NCBI GenBank assembly: GCA_000166095.1
Contig: CP002278.1
Coordinates: 270,001-302,000, forward strand
Length of the DNA: 32,000 bases
Origin: Methanothermus fervidus DSM 2088
GTDB taxonomy: Archaea; Methanobacteriota; Methanobacteria; DSM-2088; Methanothermaceae
Reading direction: 5' to 3'
The first letter of the stretch is position 1. Each line of letters starts with the position of its first letter. The notes beneath the pieces were generated by a model. The model was not told the origin of the DNA, made no database searches, and was given only the letters and a program-made list of their open reading frames with translations. Positions 20,009-30,602 of the stretch are shown here, piece after piece. The position numbers and the translations under genes were made by a program.

Positions 20009-23000
20009 ATGCCAAAATACAAAGATATTGATAGTGTACTAGTCATAGGCTCGGGTCCTATACAAATAGGGCAGGCAGCAGAATTTGATTATTCAGGATC
20101 ACAAGCTTGTAAATCTTTACGTGAAGAGGGTGTAAAAACAATCCTTGTTAATTCAAATCCGGCTACAATACAGACAGATTTGGAAATAGCTGACAAAATA
20201 TATTTAGAACCTTTGACACCAAAAATTGTTGCTAAAATAATAGAAAGAGAAAATCCTGATGCCTTACTTCCAACAATGGGCGGACAAACAGCGTTAAATG
20301 TTGCCACAAAGCTATCAGAAATGGGGGCACTTAAAGATATAAAAGTTATAGGGTCATCAATTGAAACAATACAAAGAGTTGAAGATCGTGAAATGTTCGC
20401 TAATTTTATGAAAAAAATTGGTGAACCTGTACCTAAATATAGGGCTGTAAATTCTGTTGAAGAAGCATTTGAAGCCGTTGAAGAAATAGGATTCCCAGTT
20501 ATAGTACGTCCTGCATACACCCTTGGAGGAACTGGCGGTGGAGTAGCTAAAAATAAAAAAGAGCTTGAAGAAGTAGTTTCTCATGGACTTAAGATGAGTC
20601 TCGTAAATCAAGTTTTAATAGATCAATCCGTCATTGGATGGAAAGAGTTTGAATATGAAGTGATGAGAGATAGAAAGGGCACATGTATCACTGTATGTAA
20701 TATGGAGAATGTAGATCCTATGGGTATTCATACAGGTGAAAGTATAGTAGTTGCTCCAGCCCAGACTCTAAGCGATGAAGATAATCAAAAACTACGTAGT
20801 GCTGCATTAAAAATAATAGATGCATTAGGTATAGAAGGTGGATGTAATATTCAATTTGCATTAAATCCTGAAACTGGAGATTATTTAGTAATAGAGGTGA
20901 ACCCAAGAGTTAGTAGAAGTAGTGCTTTAGCTTCTAAAGCCACTGGATATCCAATAGCAAAAATAGCTGCAAAAATTGCTATTGGACTTACATTAGATGA
21001 AATTCAAAATGATATTACAAAAGAAACTCCTGCTTCTTTTGAACCTACTTTGGATTATGTTGTAACAAAAATACCAAGGTGGCCGTTTGACAAATTTAGA
21101 GAAATAGACAGAAGAATAGGAGTTCAAATGAAATCTACAGGAGAAGTAATGGCAATTGGACGCACAATTGAAGAATCTTTCCATAAAGCAATAAGATCTC
21201 TAGATATAGGAAAAGAAGGATTTTATGATACAAATGTAACTGAAGAAGATTTGAAATATCCAACCGATAAAAGATTATTTAAGATATATTCTGCATTAAA
21301 AAAAGGTTGGAGTATTGAAAAAATTCACAAACTTACAAAAATTGACAAATTTTTCTTGTATAAAATTTTGAACATAGTTAAGTTTGAAAAAAAATTAACT
21401 AAAAAATCTATTAAAGATCCCAAGATTCTTCGCAAAGCAAAGAGGATGGGATTTTCTGATAAAAAATTAGCTGAGATATGTAATGTAAGTGAAAGATACA
21501 TTAGGAAATTAAGAAGAAAATATGGCATAAGACCTGCATATAAAATTGTTGATACATGTGCCGCAGAATTTGAAGCTAAAACTCCATATTATTACAGTAC
21601 TTATGATGATGTTGATGAAGTAGAGGTAAGTGATAAAAATAAGGTGTTAATAATTGGATCAGGACCTATAAGAATAGGACAAGGAATAGAATTTGATTAT
21701 TGTTGTGTACATGCAGCTTTAGCACTTAAAAATGAAGGATTTGAAACTATAATGGTTAATAATAATCCAGAGACTGTTAGTACTGATTATGATGTGTCTG
21801 ACAAACTTTATTTTGAACCACTTACTGCAGAGGATGTTTTAGAAATAATTGAGAAGGAAAAACCTGATGGTGTTATTGTACAATTTGGTGGTCAAAGTTC
21901 CATAAATTTAGCTGAAGATTTGGAAAAAGAAGGGGTTAAAATATTAGGTACACCTTATGAAAGTATAGATAAAGTAGAAGATCGTGAGCGATTTACTAAA
22001 GTTTTAAAGAAGTTAGGTATACCACATCCGCCTTATGGAATTGCCAGATCATTTAAAGAAGCAAAGAAAATTGCAAAGAAAATAGGGTACCCTGTTTTAG
22101 TAAGACCTTCCTATGTTCTTGGTGGAAGGGCAATGGAAATTGTATATAATGATAAAGAACTTAAAGAATATATAGAAGAAGCTGTTAAGGTTTCTCCAAG
22201 ACATCCAATATTAATAGATAAATTTCTTGAGGATGCTATTGAGGTAGATGTTGATGCTTTATCTGATGGTGAGGATGTCTTTATAGCTGGAATAATGGAG
22301 CATATAGAAGAAGCTGGAGTCCACTCAGGAGATTCTGCTTGTGTAATACCTCCTCAAACTTTAAGTAAAGAAACTATTGAAACTATAGAAGAATATACTA
22401 GAAAACTAGCATTAGAGTTAAAAGTAGTTGGATTGATAAACATACAATATGCTGTTAAAAATGAAAATGGAAAACCTAAAGTATATGTGTTAGAAGCTAA
22501 TCCACGTGCAAGTCGTACAGTTCCATTTGTTAGTAAAGCAATTGGTATCTCTTTAGCTAAAATTGCGGCAATGCTAATGGTTGGTAAAAAATTATCTGAT
22601 TTTAACTTAAAAAATAGAAAACTTAAACATGTGGCTGTGAAAGAATCTGTTTTTCCATTTGTTAAATTGCCAGGGGCTGACGTAAGATTAGGTCCAGAAA
22701 TGAAATCCACAGGGGAAACTATGGGAATTGATAAAAATTTTGGATTGGCATATTATAAATCACAACTTGGGGCTGATATGAAAATCCCAACAAGCGGTAA
22801 TATATTAATTAGTGTTAAGGATTCTGATAAAGGAAAAATAAAAGATATTGTTAAAAAGGCTGAAAAACTAGGATTTAACATTATTGCAACAAAAGGAACT
22901 GCTGAAGCCATCAAAGATGTTGTAAAGAATGTTAAAGTTATAAATAAAGTAAGTGAAAAATCACCAAATATCAAAGATGCTTTATTAAATGGAGAGATCG

Positions 23001-23209
23001 ATTTAGTTATTAATACACCTCATGGTAAACGATCTATGGATGATGGATATATAATGCGTAGAATGGCTGTAGATTTGGGAATTCCATATATAACTACACT
23101 TGCTGGAGCCAGAGCAGCTTTAAATGCAATTGAAGCTGTTAAACAAGGTAAGATAAATGTTAAATCATTAAATGAATATCATAAAGAGCCGGACCCTGCA
23201 GTTACTTAA
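20009..23209 (+). CDS. carB: Carbamoyl-phosphate synthase large subunit (single full-length ORF)
   Basis: 1066 aa with both ATP-grasp halves ([32 protein letters not shown]; [29 protein letters not shown]), [21 protein letters not shown] linker, C-terminal MGS-like domain. Confidence 0.97.
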   Translation: MPKYKDIDSVLVIGSGPIQIGQAAEFDYSGSQACKSLREEGVKTILVNSNPATIQTDLEIADKIYLEPLTPKIVAKIIERENPDALLPTMGGQTALNVATKLSEMGALKDIKVIGSSIETIQRVEDREMFANFMKKIGEPVPKYRAVNSVEEAFEAVEEIGFPVIVRPAYTLGGTGGGVAKNKKELEEVVSHGLKMSLVNQVLIDQSVIGWKEFEYEVMRDRKGTCITVCNMENVDPMGIHTGESIVVAPAQTLSDEDNQKLRSAALKIIDALGIEGGCNIQFALNPETGDYLVIEVNPRVSRSSALASKATGYPIAKIAAKIAIGLTLDEIQNDITKETPASFEPTLDYVVTKIPRWPFDKFREIDRRIGVQMKSTGEVMAIGRTIEESFHKAIRSLDIGKEGFYDTNVTEEDLKYPTDKRLFKIYSALKKGWSIEKIHKLTKIDKFFLYKILNIVKFEKKLTKKSIKDPKILRKAKRMGFSDKKLAEICNVSERYIRKLRRKYGIRPAYKIVDTCAAEFEAKTPYYYSTYDDVDEVEVSDKNKVLIIGSGPIRIGQGIEFDYCCVHAALALKNEGFETIMVNNNPETVSTDYDVSDKLYFEPLTAEDVLEIIEKEKPDGVIVQFGGQSSINLAEDLEKEGVKILGTPYESIDKVEDRERFTKVLKKLGIPHPPYGIARSFKEAKKIAKKIGYPVLVRPSYVLGGRAMEIVYNDKELKEYIEEAVKVSPRHPILIDKFLEDAIEVDVDALSDGEDVFIAGIMEHIEEAGVHSGDSACVIPPQTLSKETIETIEEYTRKLALELKVVGLINIQYAVKNENGKPKVYVLEANPRASRTVPFVSKAIGISLAKIAAMLMVGKKLSDFNLKNRKLKHVAVKESVFPFVKLPGADVRLGPEMKSTGETMGIDKNFGLAYYKSQLGADMKIPTSGNILISVKDSDKGKIKDIVKKAEKLGFNIIATKGTAEAIKDVVKNVKVINKVSEKSPNIKDALLNGEIDLVINTPHGKRSMDDGYIMRRMAVDLGIPYITTLAGARAALNAIEAVKQGKINVKSLNEYHKEPDPAVT

Positions 23210-23549
23210 GGAAATCCTTTATCCTCTCAGCACTCCTTCTCATCTCCAACCTTATTAATCCCAAATTAACATCCTCATCTGTCAAAACGACCAATATTCC
23301 TTCACCAACATCCTTCATAAGCATTTTTCCTCTTGATCCTTCAATCATTACCTGTTCCAAAGGTTCCTGTTTTAATTCTTCAACAGATTCCTTTGCAGCC
23401 CCAAAAATAACTGATGACCTTGCAGCAACAATTTCAGCATCCATATCTGAACCCAATTCACTCTCAATTATCAATCCATCCTTACCAACAACCAACGACC
23501 CATTAACACCATCTATTCTGGTTAAATCTCTTAACACTCTTGAGATCAT
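23202..23549 (-). CDS. Roadblock/LC7 domain protein (MglB-like)
   Basis: [110 protein letters not shown]. Confidence 0.85.
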   Translation of the reverse strand: MISRVLRDLTRIDGVNGSLVVGKDGLIIESELGSDMDAEIVAARSSVIFGAAKESVEELKQEPLEQVMIEGSRGKMLMKDVGEGILVVLTDEDVNLGLIRLEMRRSAERIKDFLK

Positions 23550-23617
23550 TTTACTCCCTCTAAAATCTTTTTATTGTTGATGTAATAATATTTATTTTAT
23601 CATGAAATTAAAATAAT

Positions 23618-24721
23618 TTGGTAGGTATACAACAAACTAAGGGTGGTTCTTTGTTTACAATATCATCAGTTGAAGAGTTATGGGAACTTAATCCATTTAT
23701 AGTAGTTGGATGTGGAGGTGGAGGAGAAAAATTTGCAAGTTTTGAAGGAGTGGAAACTGTAGGTTTTGTAGATGATGATCCAAAGAAACAAGGGAAAAAA
23801 TTTTGTGGACTAAAAATACATTCAAGTTTAGAATATTTATTAAAAACAACAGATGCTAAAAGTGTTGCTATAATGTTGCCAATAGGTGCTGAAGCTTCTG
23901 CATTAAGATATGCTGTACAAGCTATCGAGCATGGTAAAAATGTAGTAACATCGTTTAGGTCCCTACCATTGTCTGAAAATCCTTCATTAGTAAAACTGGC
24001 ACAAGAAAGAAATGTTGTTATAAAAGAAATAAGTCCTAGGTTAGACAATGTAAAAAAGATTTTTGGAGTTGCACCTTCTAAATGTACAGAAGTTTTACCT
24101 AAAATAACTTATAAACATAAATCTCCTGTTGTATATGTTGGAGGTACTTCACAAGAATGTGGAAAACGCACAACTACAAGATTATTAGGAAAGGAAGCTA
24201 AAAAAAGAGGTATAAATGCGGCGGTGATTTCAACTGACGAGATGGGGATAGAAAGAGATATAGATTTTAATTTCAGAGCAGGTAGCCTATCAGCTATGGA
24301 TGTAGCTTCAGCTGTCATGGGCGCAATAAAATATATAGAAGAAAAAAAAGATCCCGACATAATTTTTGTTGAAAGTCAAGCAAGCTTAACAGAAAGAGGG
24401 AATCCGCACCCAAGAGGATTGTCAGCCTCAATACTCATAGGATCAAGTCCGGATGTTACAGTTTTATGTCATCGTCCAAATCACCCATTTAGAAAACCTC
24501 GTGGTATAAAAGATGAAATAAGAGCTATAGAGGCATTAGAGCCTACTAAAGTAATTGCTATTTCTTTAAATCTTCGAAATATAGTGAAAAAAGAAGATTT
24601 AATTCAAAAATATAAAGAAAGGTATAATTTACCTGTGTTTGATGTTAAGAATGATGGAGCATCTGAATTATTAGATATAATTCTGGAATATATAGGTGGG
24701 TCAAATGAAAAAATTAATTGA
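23618..24721 (+). CDS. DUF1611 family P-loop protein (DgcN-like)
   Basis: [81 protein letters not shown]; TTG start. Confidence 0.75.
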   Translation: MVGIQQTKGGSLFTISSVEELWELNPFIVVGCGGGGEKFASFEGVETVGFVDDDPKKQGKKFCGLKIHSSLEYLLKTTDAKSVAIMLPIGAEASALRYAVQAIEHGKNVVTSFRSLPLSENPSLVKLAQERNVVIKEISPRLDNVKKIFGVAPSKCTEVLPKITYKHKSPVVYVGGTSQECGKRTTTRLLGKEAKKRGINAAVISTDEMGIERDIDFNFRAGSLSAMDVASAVMGAIKYIEEKKDPDIIFVESQASLTERGNPHPRGLSASILIGSSPDVTVLCHRPNHPFRKPRGIKDEIRAIEALEPTKVIAISLNLRNIVKKEDLIQKYKERYNLPVFDVKNDGASELLDIILEYIGGSNEKIN

Positions 24722-25058
24722 TACATTTAAAAAAAATTTGGGTTTAAATGAAGAAATTACAGAAAAAGAAGTTATAGTGCCAGAACATGAACCTTATAAA
24801 ATAATACTCTCAAAGATAACTACGGCAGAAGAGTTAGATGAACTTATTGATGAATTGATAGATGGAAACACGTTAATTTTAAATTTAGATTATTTAGAGA
24901 AAAATTTTCCTGAAGATGTTGAAAAAGTCGGCGAAAAAATAAAGGAAATAAAGAAAGAATTAGATATTGAAACTATATTACTATGTAAAAATGAAAAAGT
25001 ATTAATGATTACACCACCTGAAATCAAGATTGTCAAAAAATCTAGCCCTGGTGTTTAG
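24705..25058 (+). CDS. sepF: Archaeal SepF-like cell-division protein
   Basis: N-terminal amphipathic [14 protein letters not shown], then [35 protein letters not shown]...[21 protein letters not shown], matching the SepF fold pattern. ATG at 24705 preceded by GGTGG; the track start at 24696 is GTG. Confidence 0.8.
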   Translation: MKKLIDTFKKNLGLNEEITEKEVIVPEHEPYKIILSKITTAEELDELIDELIDGNTLILNLDYLEKNFPEDVEKVGEKIKEIKKELDIETILLCKNEKVLMITPPEIKIVKKSSPGV

Positions 25059-25896
25059 TTTGGAATTACCTATAACAAGGCCAATTAAAGAGGGGTTTGG
25101 GGACGAAATAAATTTCAAAAAACTTCTGGAAAATTTGACAAAGGAAGAATTTACAGGTTTTATTAGAGTTACACATGGTTCTGATGAGGGTTACATTCTT
25201 TTTAAGAAAGGCTATCAGGTTGCCGCATCATACAGTTCGGATGTTAGGGAAAAAGCTTTAAATAAAATATTAGAAGTATCCAATGATGAAAAATCGTTTA
25301 TAGAAGTTTTTAAATTAAAAAATGATCAAATTGACTACTTAATAGATATAAACAAATTTTACAAATTAGATAAACCAGTTAAATATTCAGAATCAACTAG
25401 CAAGAAAAAATTGAAAAAAGAAAAAGCTGAAGTGAAGAAGGAGAAAGCTAAAAAAATAAAGAAAAGTAGTGTTAGTCGCGAAGAATTATTAAAGAAATAT
25501 CGTATAAAAGAATTAAATGAAGAAGAAGTTGAAAAGATTTTAGGTGAATTTCTACCAAAAAAGAAAAAGGAAGAAGTAAAGTCAAATAACATAAATATAA
25601 AATTGGATGAAATAAAGCCAAAATTAATTCAAAAAATAAAAAAATCGGTCTCTAACATTCCAAATATAAGGGATGTAAATGTTTTGTTGACTTTTGAAAA
25701 TAAACCTAATTTTAAAGGGAAAATTAAAATCGCTGCTAAATACAAAAGAGGATTATTATTGAAATTACAAGATGTAAAGGAGGAAATTAAAAAATTAAAA
25801 GAAAAAATTATAAACACTGTGGAAAAGATTCTTGTCGATGTTTTCGGCAGTGAAAAGATTCTTAAAAAAGTTGAGATCGAGGTAACAATAAGGTGA
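25030..25896 (+). CDS. DUF2226-like protein
   Basis: [69 protein letters not shown], then a Lys/Glu-rich linker and a conserved-looking C-terminal domain. Start uncertain (overlaps the sepF end). Confidence 0.6.
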   Translation: MSKNLALVFSLELPITRPIKEGFGDEINFKKLLENLTKEEFTGFIRVTHGSDEGYILFKKGYQVAASYSSDVREKALNKILEVSNDEKSFIEVFKLKNDQIDYLIDINKFYKLDKPVKYSESTSKKKLKKEKAEVKKEKAKKIKKSSVSREELLKKYRIKELNEEEVEKILGEFLPKKKKEEVKSNNINIKLDEIKPKLIQKIKKSVSNIPNIRDVNVLLTFENKPNFKGKIKIAAKYKRGLLLKLQDVKEEIKKLKEKIINTVEKILVDVFGSEKILKKVEIEVTIR

Positions 25897-25900
25897 AAAA

Positions 25901-26677
25901 ATGACGAGAGTTATAGTTGTTGCTTCTGGAAAAGGCGGTGTTGGAAAAACTGTAGTTACAGCAAATTTAGGTGTTGCACTAGCAAAATTTGGTAAAAATG
26001 TTGTAATTTTAGATGCAGACGTTGCAATGGCTAACTTAGAATTGATTCTTGGAATGGAAGGAAAACCTGTTACATTACACAATGTTTTAGCTGGCGAAGC
26101 TCCAATAAAAGATGCTATTTATGAAGGACCAGAAGGTGTAAAAGTAATACCTGCAGGTATTTCTCTCAGTAGTCTTCGTAAAGTTAAATTAGAAAGATTA
26201 GAGAAAGTTTTGGAAGAATTGTTGGAAGAAACTGAAATATTGCTAATTGACGCACCTGCTGGGCTTGAAAAGGATGCAATTACAGCTTTAGCAGCTGCAG
26301 ATGAAGCCTTATTAGTAACAACGCCTGAAATTCCTTCAGTCAGTGATACACTCAAAACAAAAATTGTTGCATCAAAACTAGGCCTTGATATCTTAGGCGT
26401 TGTTATAAACAGATATCAAGATAATGACATGTTTTTAACTCCAGAAGAAGTTGAGAAAATATTGGAAACACCTGTTTTAGCAATAATACCTGAAGATCCT
26501 GAAGTTAGTAGAGCCAGTGCATTTGGAGAACCATTAGTTACTAAAAATCCAAAATCTCCAGCCGCAAATAGTATAATGAAATTAGCTGCAGATTTAATTG
26601 GTGAAAAATATAAACCAAAACTACCTGATAAGACAAGTGTTATTGAAAAATTAATTTCAGTTTTTAAAAGAAGGTGA
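25901..26677 (+). CDS. minD: MinD/ParA-family ATPase
   Basis: Deviant Walker [49 protein letters not shown]; [36 protein letters not shown]. Confidence 0.93.
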   Translation: MTRVIVVASGKGGVGKTVVTANLGVALAKFGKNVVILDADVAMANLELILGMEGKPVTLHNVLAGEAPIKDAIYEGPEGVKVIPAGISLSSLRKVKLERLEKVLEELLEETEILLIDAPAGLEKDAITALAAADEALLVTTPEIPSVSDTLKTKIVASKLGLDILGVVINRYQDNDMFLTPEEVEKILETPVLAIIPEDPEVSRASAFGEPLVTKNPKSPAANSIMKLAADLIGEKYKPKLPDKTSVIEKLISVFKRR

Positions 26678-26683
26678 ATAATT

Positions 26684-27538
26684 TTGGATTTAGATGTTGT
26701 AAGTATTGGAAGCTGTAATATGGATATTATTTTAAGAGTACCATCATTTGTAGAGCCAGACAGTGAAATGTATGTAGAAAAAATATATATGCAACCAGGT
26801 GGCCCTGCTTTTAATTTTGCAGTTAACATGGCTCGTTTAAAATTTAATACATGGATAATAGCAAGAATAGGCATGGACAGATTTGGAGAGATAATTAAAA
26901 AAACTCTTAAAAAAGAAGGTGTGAATATCGAATATTTACAGGAATCAGAAATTCCTACAGGTGTAGCATTTATTAGTGTAGATAAAAAAGGTAGAAGATC
27001 TGTATATTCATATATGGGTGCAAATGCAACATTAGATTTCAGTAAAAAAGATATTAAACGTATCAAAACTGCTGATGTAGTATATTTATCTGGAACTTAT
27101 TGGGAAACTGCACTAAAAGTTTCTAAAAGAGCAAACATTTTTATCTATAATCCAGGATCTATTATAGCGAACTTTGGAACAAAAACATTGTCAAAAATTT
27201 TCAAGCACACCTATATTTTGTTTGCAAATGAAAAAGAATTGAAAAAACTTACAAATTTAAATATTGAAAAAGGTGCTAGAATTTTACTAGATTTAGGTGT
27301 GAAGATTGTTGTAATTACAAGAGGAAAAAAGGATGCAATTGCAATAACAGAAAATAAAATAGTTAGATGCCCAGCAAAAAAATTAAAGGTTGTAGATACA
27401 ACAGGAGCCGGCGATGCATTTGCGGCAGGATTTATAGCTAAATGGCTAAAAAATGAAAATTTAAAAAATTGTTTAAGATTTGGGCATCAAAAAGCAGCTC
27501 AATGTATAAAAAATTATGGATCAATGCAATTATCTTAA
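26684..27538 (+). CDS. PfkB/ribokinase-family carbohydrate kinase
   Basis: VVSIGSCNMDIILRVPSFVEPDSE, QPGGPAFNFAVNMARLKFNTWIIARIGMDRFG, VVDTTGAGDAFAAGFIAKWLK. Confidence 0.9.
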   Translation: MDLDVVSIGSCNMDIILRVPSFVEPDSEMYVEKIYMQPGGPAFNFAVNMARLKFNTWIIARIGMDRFGEIIKKTLKKEGVNIEYLQESEIPTGVAFISVDKKGRRSVYSYMGANATLDFSKKDIKRIKTADVVYLSGTYWETALKVSKRANIFIYNPGSIIANFGTKTLSKIFKHTYILFANEKELKKLTNLNIEKGARILLDLGVKIVVITRGKKDAIAITENKIVRCPAKKLKVVDTTGAGDAFAAGFIAKWLKNENLKNCLRFGHQKAAQCIKNYGSMQLS

Positions 27539-27540
27539 AC

Positions 27541-28998
27541 TTAACCTAAGAATTTTCTAAGATTTGCAGCCTCAAGTATACTTTCTTTTATGCTATCTGT
27601 TCCATCTGTTGCTAAGAGATGATATATTTTTCTACTAATGTTTACATGTTTTCTATCTTCTTCAACTTCTGGGAAATGTTCTCTAACAGATTTTTTTAAA
27701 GAATCTGTTATAAGTGGAGATTCCCAGTCAAGATATTTTAATGCATCATAAAAATCTTTTTCAAAATTAACATATATATCGCTCAGAAAATCTATATCTT
27801 TCTCTGATAATGCATCAAAACCAAGAATTTCTGGTGGTACTCCAATAGAATACAACACACAGGTAAAGGTTATTGCTCTTGGTAATACAATATTTCCCAT
27901 TTTTCTAGAGTATCCAAAAAGACCTATATGCAGTTTTCTTTTTCTTCTACTAGGTACAAATCTAGATAACCTATTGATTATAGATGCAACATTTGTAATT
28001 TGTTTTTGATATTGTTCAGTATATTTATTTATGATATCTAGGGATTTTTCAATGTCAACAATGTCAGCATTTTTTTTCTTTTTTGATTTGAGTTTTTTAA
28101 TGGCCTTTGAAACATCGCTAGGTGGATTGTCATATTTAAATGAAGATTGAATTGTGAAAGTATGAACACTTGGGTATTCCGCTATAATTTGATCAACTGT
28201 TTTAGGTTTTAAATTTCCCCGGAAAGGAGCAGATCCAATTCCTATAATGGGATATATATCTATGGATATTTTTTCAGCTAGTTCATCTAACTTCATTAAT
28301 GCTATTTTATTCAATAACAAGGCAGAAATCATTCCATAATTCATGGCTGGGTCTGAACGTGCAAGAAAAACTCTTTGATATTCAAAATTTTTATCTCTAA
28401 GATAATTTTCTGTAATCTTATCAGAGTTTAACATTGATTTGTAATCCTCAAATAAAGGTATTACGTTTATTTCTTTAGGTTTAAAACTCCCAATCCATTC
28501 TTTTACAGTTATATCTTTCTTCCTAATTAACATCTTTTCTTTTCCAGCTACAAACTTCTTATAATAATAATATATCCTATTTAAATCATTGGCTGAAGTT
28601 GTCATTGGTAAAATTACTTCAAAAATAGGGGCAATATCTTCACCATAGAATACCTTTGCTGTATCGTAGGATCGAGGTATACTTTCCAATGTTTCAATTA
28701 AAATTTTAGATTCGGCTCTTTCTATTGCGGGATTTGGTACTCTTAATGTCAAAAATACATCTTTTCCTAATTTATTTTCTCTAAAGAATAATTCATATTT
28801 TGTTAAAAGTTTTTTTACTACATAGTTATCTACTTCTTTTCCTTCACAATCCCACATCTGTTCATCGCAACCCAAATGTGAAAAAACATAGTAAGTTTCT
28901 GTAACTTCATCTTCACCTTTTATTTCACTGTTAGGTGAAAAGAAAGGAGGGTTAACATTGTCAGGGTGTTGAGTACTCATACATCTTGGTATATACAT
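27541..28998 (-). CDS. ppcA: Archaeal-type phosphoenolpyruvate carboxylase
   Basis: MYIPRCMSTQHPDNVNPPFFSPNSEIKGEDEVTETYYVFSHLGCDEQMWDCEGKEVDNYVVKKLL; GIGSAPFRGNLKPKTVDQIIAEYPSVHTFTIQSSFKYD. Confidence 0.95.
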   Translation of the reverse strand: MYIPRCMSTQHPDNVNPPFFSPNSEIKGEDEVTETYYVFSHLGCDEQMWDCEGKEVDNYVVKKLLTKYELFFRENKLGKDVFLTLRVPNPAIERAESKILIETLESIPRSYDTAKVFYGEDIAPIFEVILPMTTSANDLNRIYYYYKKFVAGKEKMLIRKKDITVKEWIGSFKPKEINVIPLFEDYKSMLNSDKITENYLRDKNFEYQRVFLARSDPAMNYGMISALLLNKIALMKLDELAEKISIDIYPIIGIGSAPFRGNLKPKTVDQIIAEYPSVHTFTIQSSFKYDNPPSDVSKAIKKLKSKKKKNADIVDIEKSLDIINKYTEQYQKQITNVASIINRLSRFVPSRRKRKLHIGLFGYSRKMGNIVLPRAITFTCVLYSIGVPPEILGFDALSEKDIDFLSDIYVNFEKDFYDALKYLDWESPLITDSLKKSVREHFPEVEEDRKHVNISRKIYHLLATDGTDSIKESILEAANLRKFLG

Positions 28999-28999
28999 T

Positions 29000-29416
29000 C
29001 TATTTCACCCTTTTCCCGCATTTTAATTTTAATTCTTTTTTTACTTCACTTTTTAGTTTTCTGAATTTTTCTCTGGTCTTTTCAAATTCCTTTAAATTTG
29101 TAATTAAAACTCCTTTCTTTAATTCTTCTTGCCTAGATGCAACAAGTTCATCTAAAGATATTAACATTCGTAGAATGCTCATATACAATTTTTTATATTG
29201 TCCAGGAGGTGTTATTTTTTCATAATCAAAAAATATTGATTCAATATTTTTCTTTAAAATATTTAAGTTTTCTATTTCATTTTCTCTTTCTGAAAGATCT
29301 TTTAAATTTTTGCTAAATGATTTTAACAAGGATAAAACTACATATGTAGTATCTGTAATAGTTTTTTGACTTTTTCTCAAAAATTGGCATTCAGTCATTT
29401 CAAACATCTTAATCAC
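29000..29416 (-). CDS. Conserved hypothetical protein of the ppcA operon region
   Basis: 138 aa helical, charged ORF (ECQFLRKSQKTITDTTYVVLSLLKSF...ITPPGQYKKLYMSILRMLISLDELVASRQEELKKG) lying between ppcA and the THUMP gene on the same strand. Confidence 0.6.
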   Translation of the reverse strand: MIKMFEMTECQFLRKSQKTITDTTYVVLSLLKSFSKNLKDLSERENEIENLNILKKNIESIFFDYEKITPPGQYKKLYMSILRMLISLDELVASRQEELKKGVLITNLKEFEKTREKFRKLKSEVKKELKLKCGKRVK

Positions 29417-29431
29417 TAGGAATAACTATGT

Positions 29432-29920
29432 TTAACTTTTGGCTTTAAAGAATTCATCAGGTTTTAAAACACTTATTCCTGTTATCTTACCCACAATTTC
29501 TATCTGAATAACCCATTTTCCATTTTTGTCTGGGATTAAGTTTAATTCATCTGTTAAAGCTTCTTCCACCTTTTCCACAACTTCATCTTTGTTTATTTCA
29601 CTTCCTCTTAAATCACATCTAACACTGAAAGTATCATTAGCCTTTACTTTTTTACGACATAAATTGACCACCTTATTGACAATACTGTTGATATTTGTTT
29701 TTACTACGGCTTCAATGGGGATAATTTTAGAAATATTTGGTAAATTTGCATTTGCTATTATTTTCACTGCTAATTTAGGATCCATCGTCAAATTTATTAA
29801 AAGAAGATTTGGAAAATTTGATTCTTTTATATCTAAAACTGGTTCATAATCTTTTAACAATAATTCTATCTCTTCTGATCCAACAATTTCTTCTCCTTTA
29901 CGACCAGCAAATGTAACCAA
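29432..29920 (-). CDS. THUMP-domain protein
   Basis: MVTFAGRKGEEIVGSEEIELLLKDYEP...NISKIIPIEAVVKTNINSIVNKVVNLCRKKVKANDTFSVRCDLRGSEINKDEVVEKVEEALTDEL...WVIQIEIVGKITGISVLKPDEFF. Confidence 0.85.
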   Translation of the reverse strand: MVTFAGRKGEEIVGSEEIELLLKDYEPVLDIKESNFPNLLLINLTMDPKLAVKIIANANLPNISKIIPIEAVVKTNINSIVNKVVNLCRKKVKANDTFSVRCDLRGSEINKDEVVEKVEEALTDELNLIPDKNGKWVIQIEIVGKITGISVLKPDEFFKAKS

Positions 29921-29942
29921 AAGATTAAATTTTGTACTAATT

Positions 29943-30575
29943 TTACTTCCTCCTGTCTATTTCATCTCCATAAGCTTCTTTTGGTACTATTGCCTTAGTA
30001 ACAATGGAAACACCAAAAATTTTTATTAAATCACCAGGTATGAATGGTAAAATACCCATTGCAAGTATATTCCAAATTGTGGGTTGGATGCCCTTGCTCA
30101 TTTGCCAAAATGCTAAACCAATTGCACCTGGTACATAAATAAGTACAAAGTTAGCTATCAACATTAATATCAATATATGCTTAAATTTTCTTGCAGAAAT
30201 ATATCTGTCAATGAAATGACCTATAAATAATGATGCAAGGATAAATCCAATTAAGTATCCTCCTGTTGCACCTAATAATACTGTAATACCTCCTTTTGCA
30301 CCTGCAAACCATGAAATACCTGCTGCTCCTAAAATTACATAAAATAGTTGGCTAATACCTCCCCAATATCTACCAAGAATAACTCCAGACAATAAAACAG
30401 CGAAAGTTTGTCCGGTTATAGGTACAGGAGTCCAAGGTAATGGTATGACAATTTGTGCCATAATGCCAGTCATGGCTGCAACTGCCAGTGACATAATAGT
30501 CTTAACTACAACGCCTTGCGATGTCCTCCATTTAAAAAAGTTGTAACGTATTTCATAATATTTTTCTAAGTTCAT
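29943..30575 (-). CDS. bioY: Biotin transporter BioY (ECF S component)
   Basis: QIVIPLPWTPVPITGQTFAVLLSGVILGRYWGGISQLFYVILGAAGISWFAGAKGGITVLLGATGGYLIGFILASLFIG, ILPFIPGDLIKI; strong AAAAGGAGGTGA Shine-Dalgarno. Confidence 0.95.
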   Translation of the reverse strand: MNLEKYYEIRYNFFKWRTSQGVVVKTIMSLAVAAMTGIMAQIVIPLPWTPVPITGQTFAVLLSGVILGRYWGGISQLFYVILGAAGISWFAGAKGGITVLLGATGGYLIGFILASLFIGHFIDRYISARKFKHILILMLIANFVLIYVPGAIGLAFWQMSKGIQPTIWNILAMGILPFIPGDLIKIFGVSIVTKAIVPKEAYGDEIDRRK

Positions 30576-30602
30576 TTAGCTCACCTCCTTTTAAAACTTA
30601 AA

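Noticed and set aside
21280-21560. HTH-like lysine-rich segment in the middle of CarB ([22 protein letters not shown]...[32 protein letters not shown]) considered as an insertion
   Set aside because: This is the normal oligomerisation/linker region of CarB, with the usual GFSD..IA...G.....R...[13 protein letters not shown] pattern.
23608-24048. Minus-strand 146-aa ORF
   Set aside because: Antisense to the DUF1611 coding sequence; no domain signature.
26416-27066. Minus-strand 216-aa ORF
   Set aside because: Antisense to the minD 3' end and pfkB-family 5' half, both with clear motifs.
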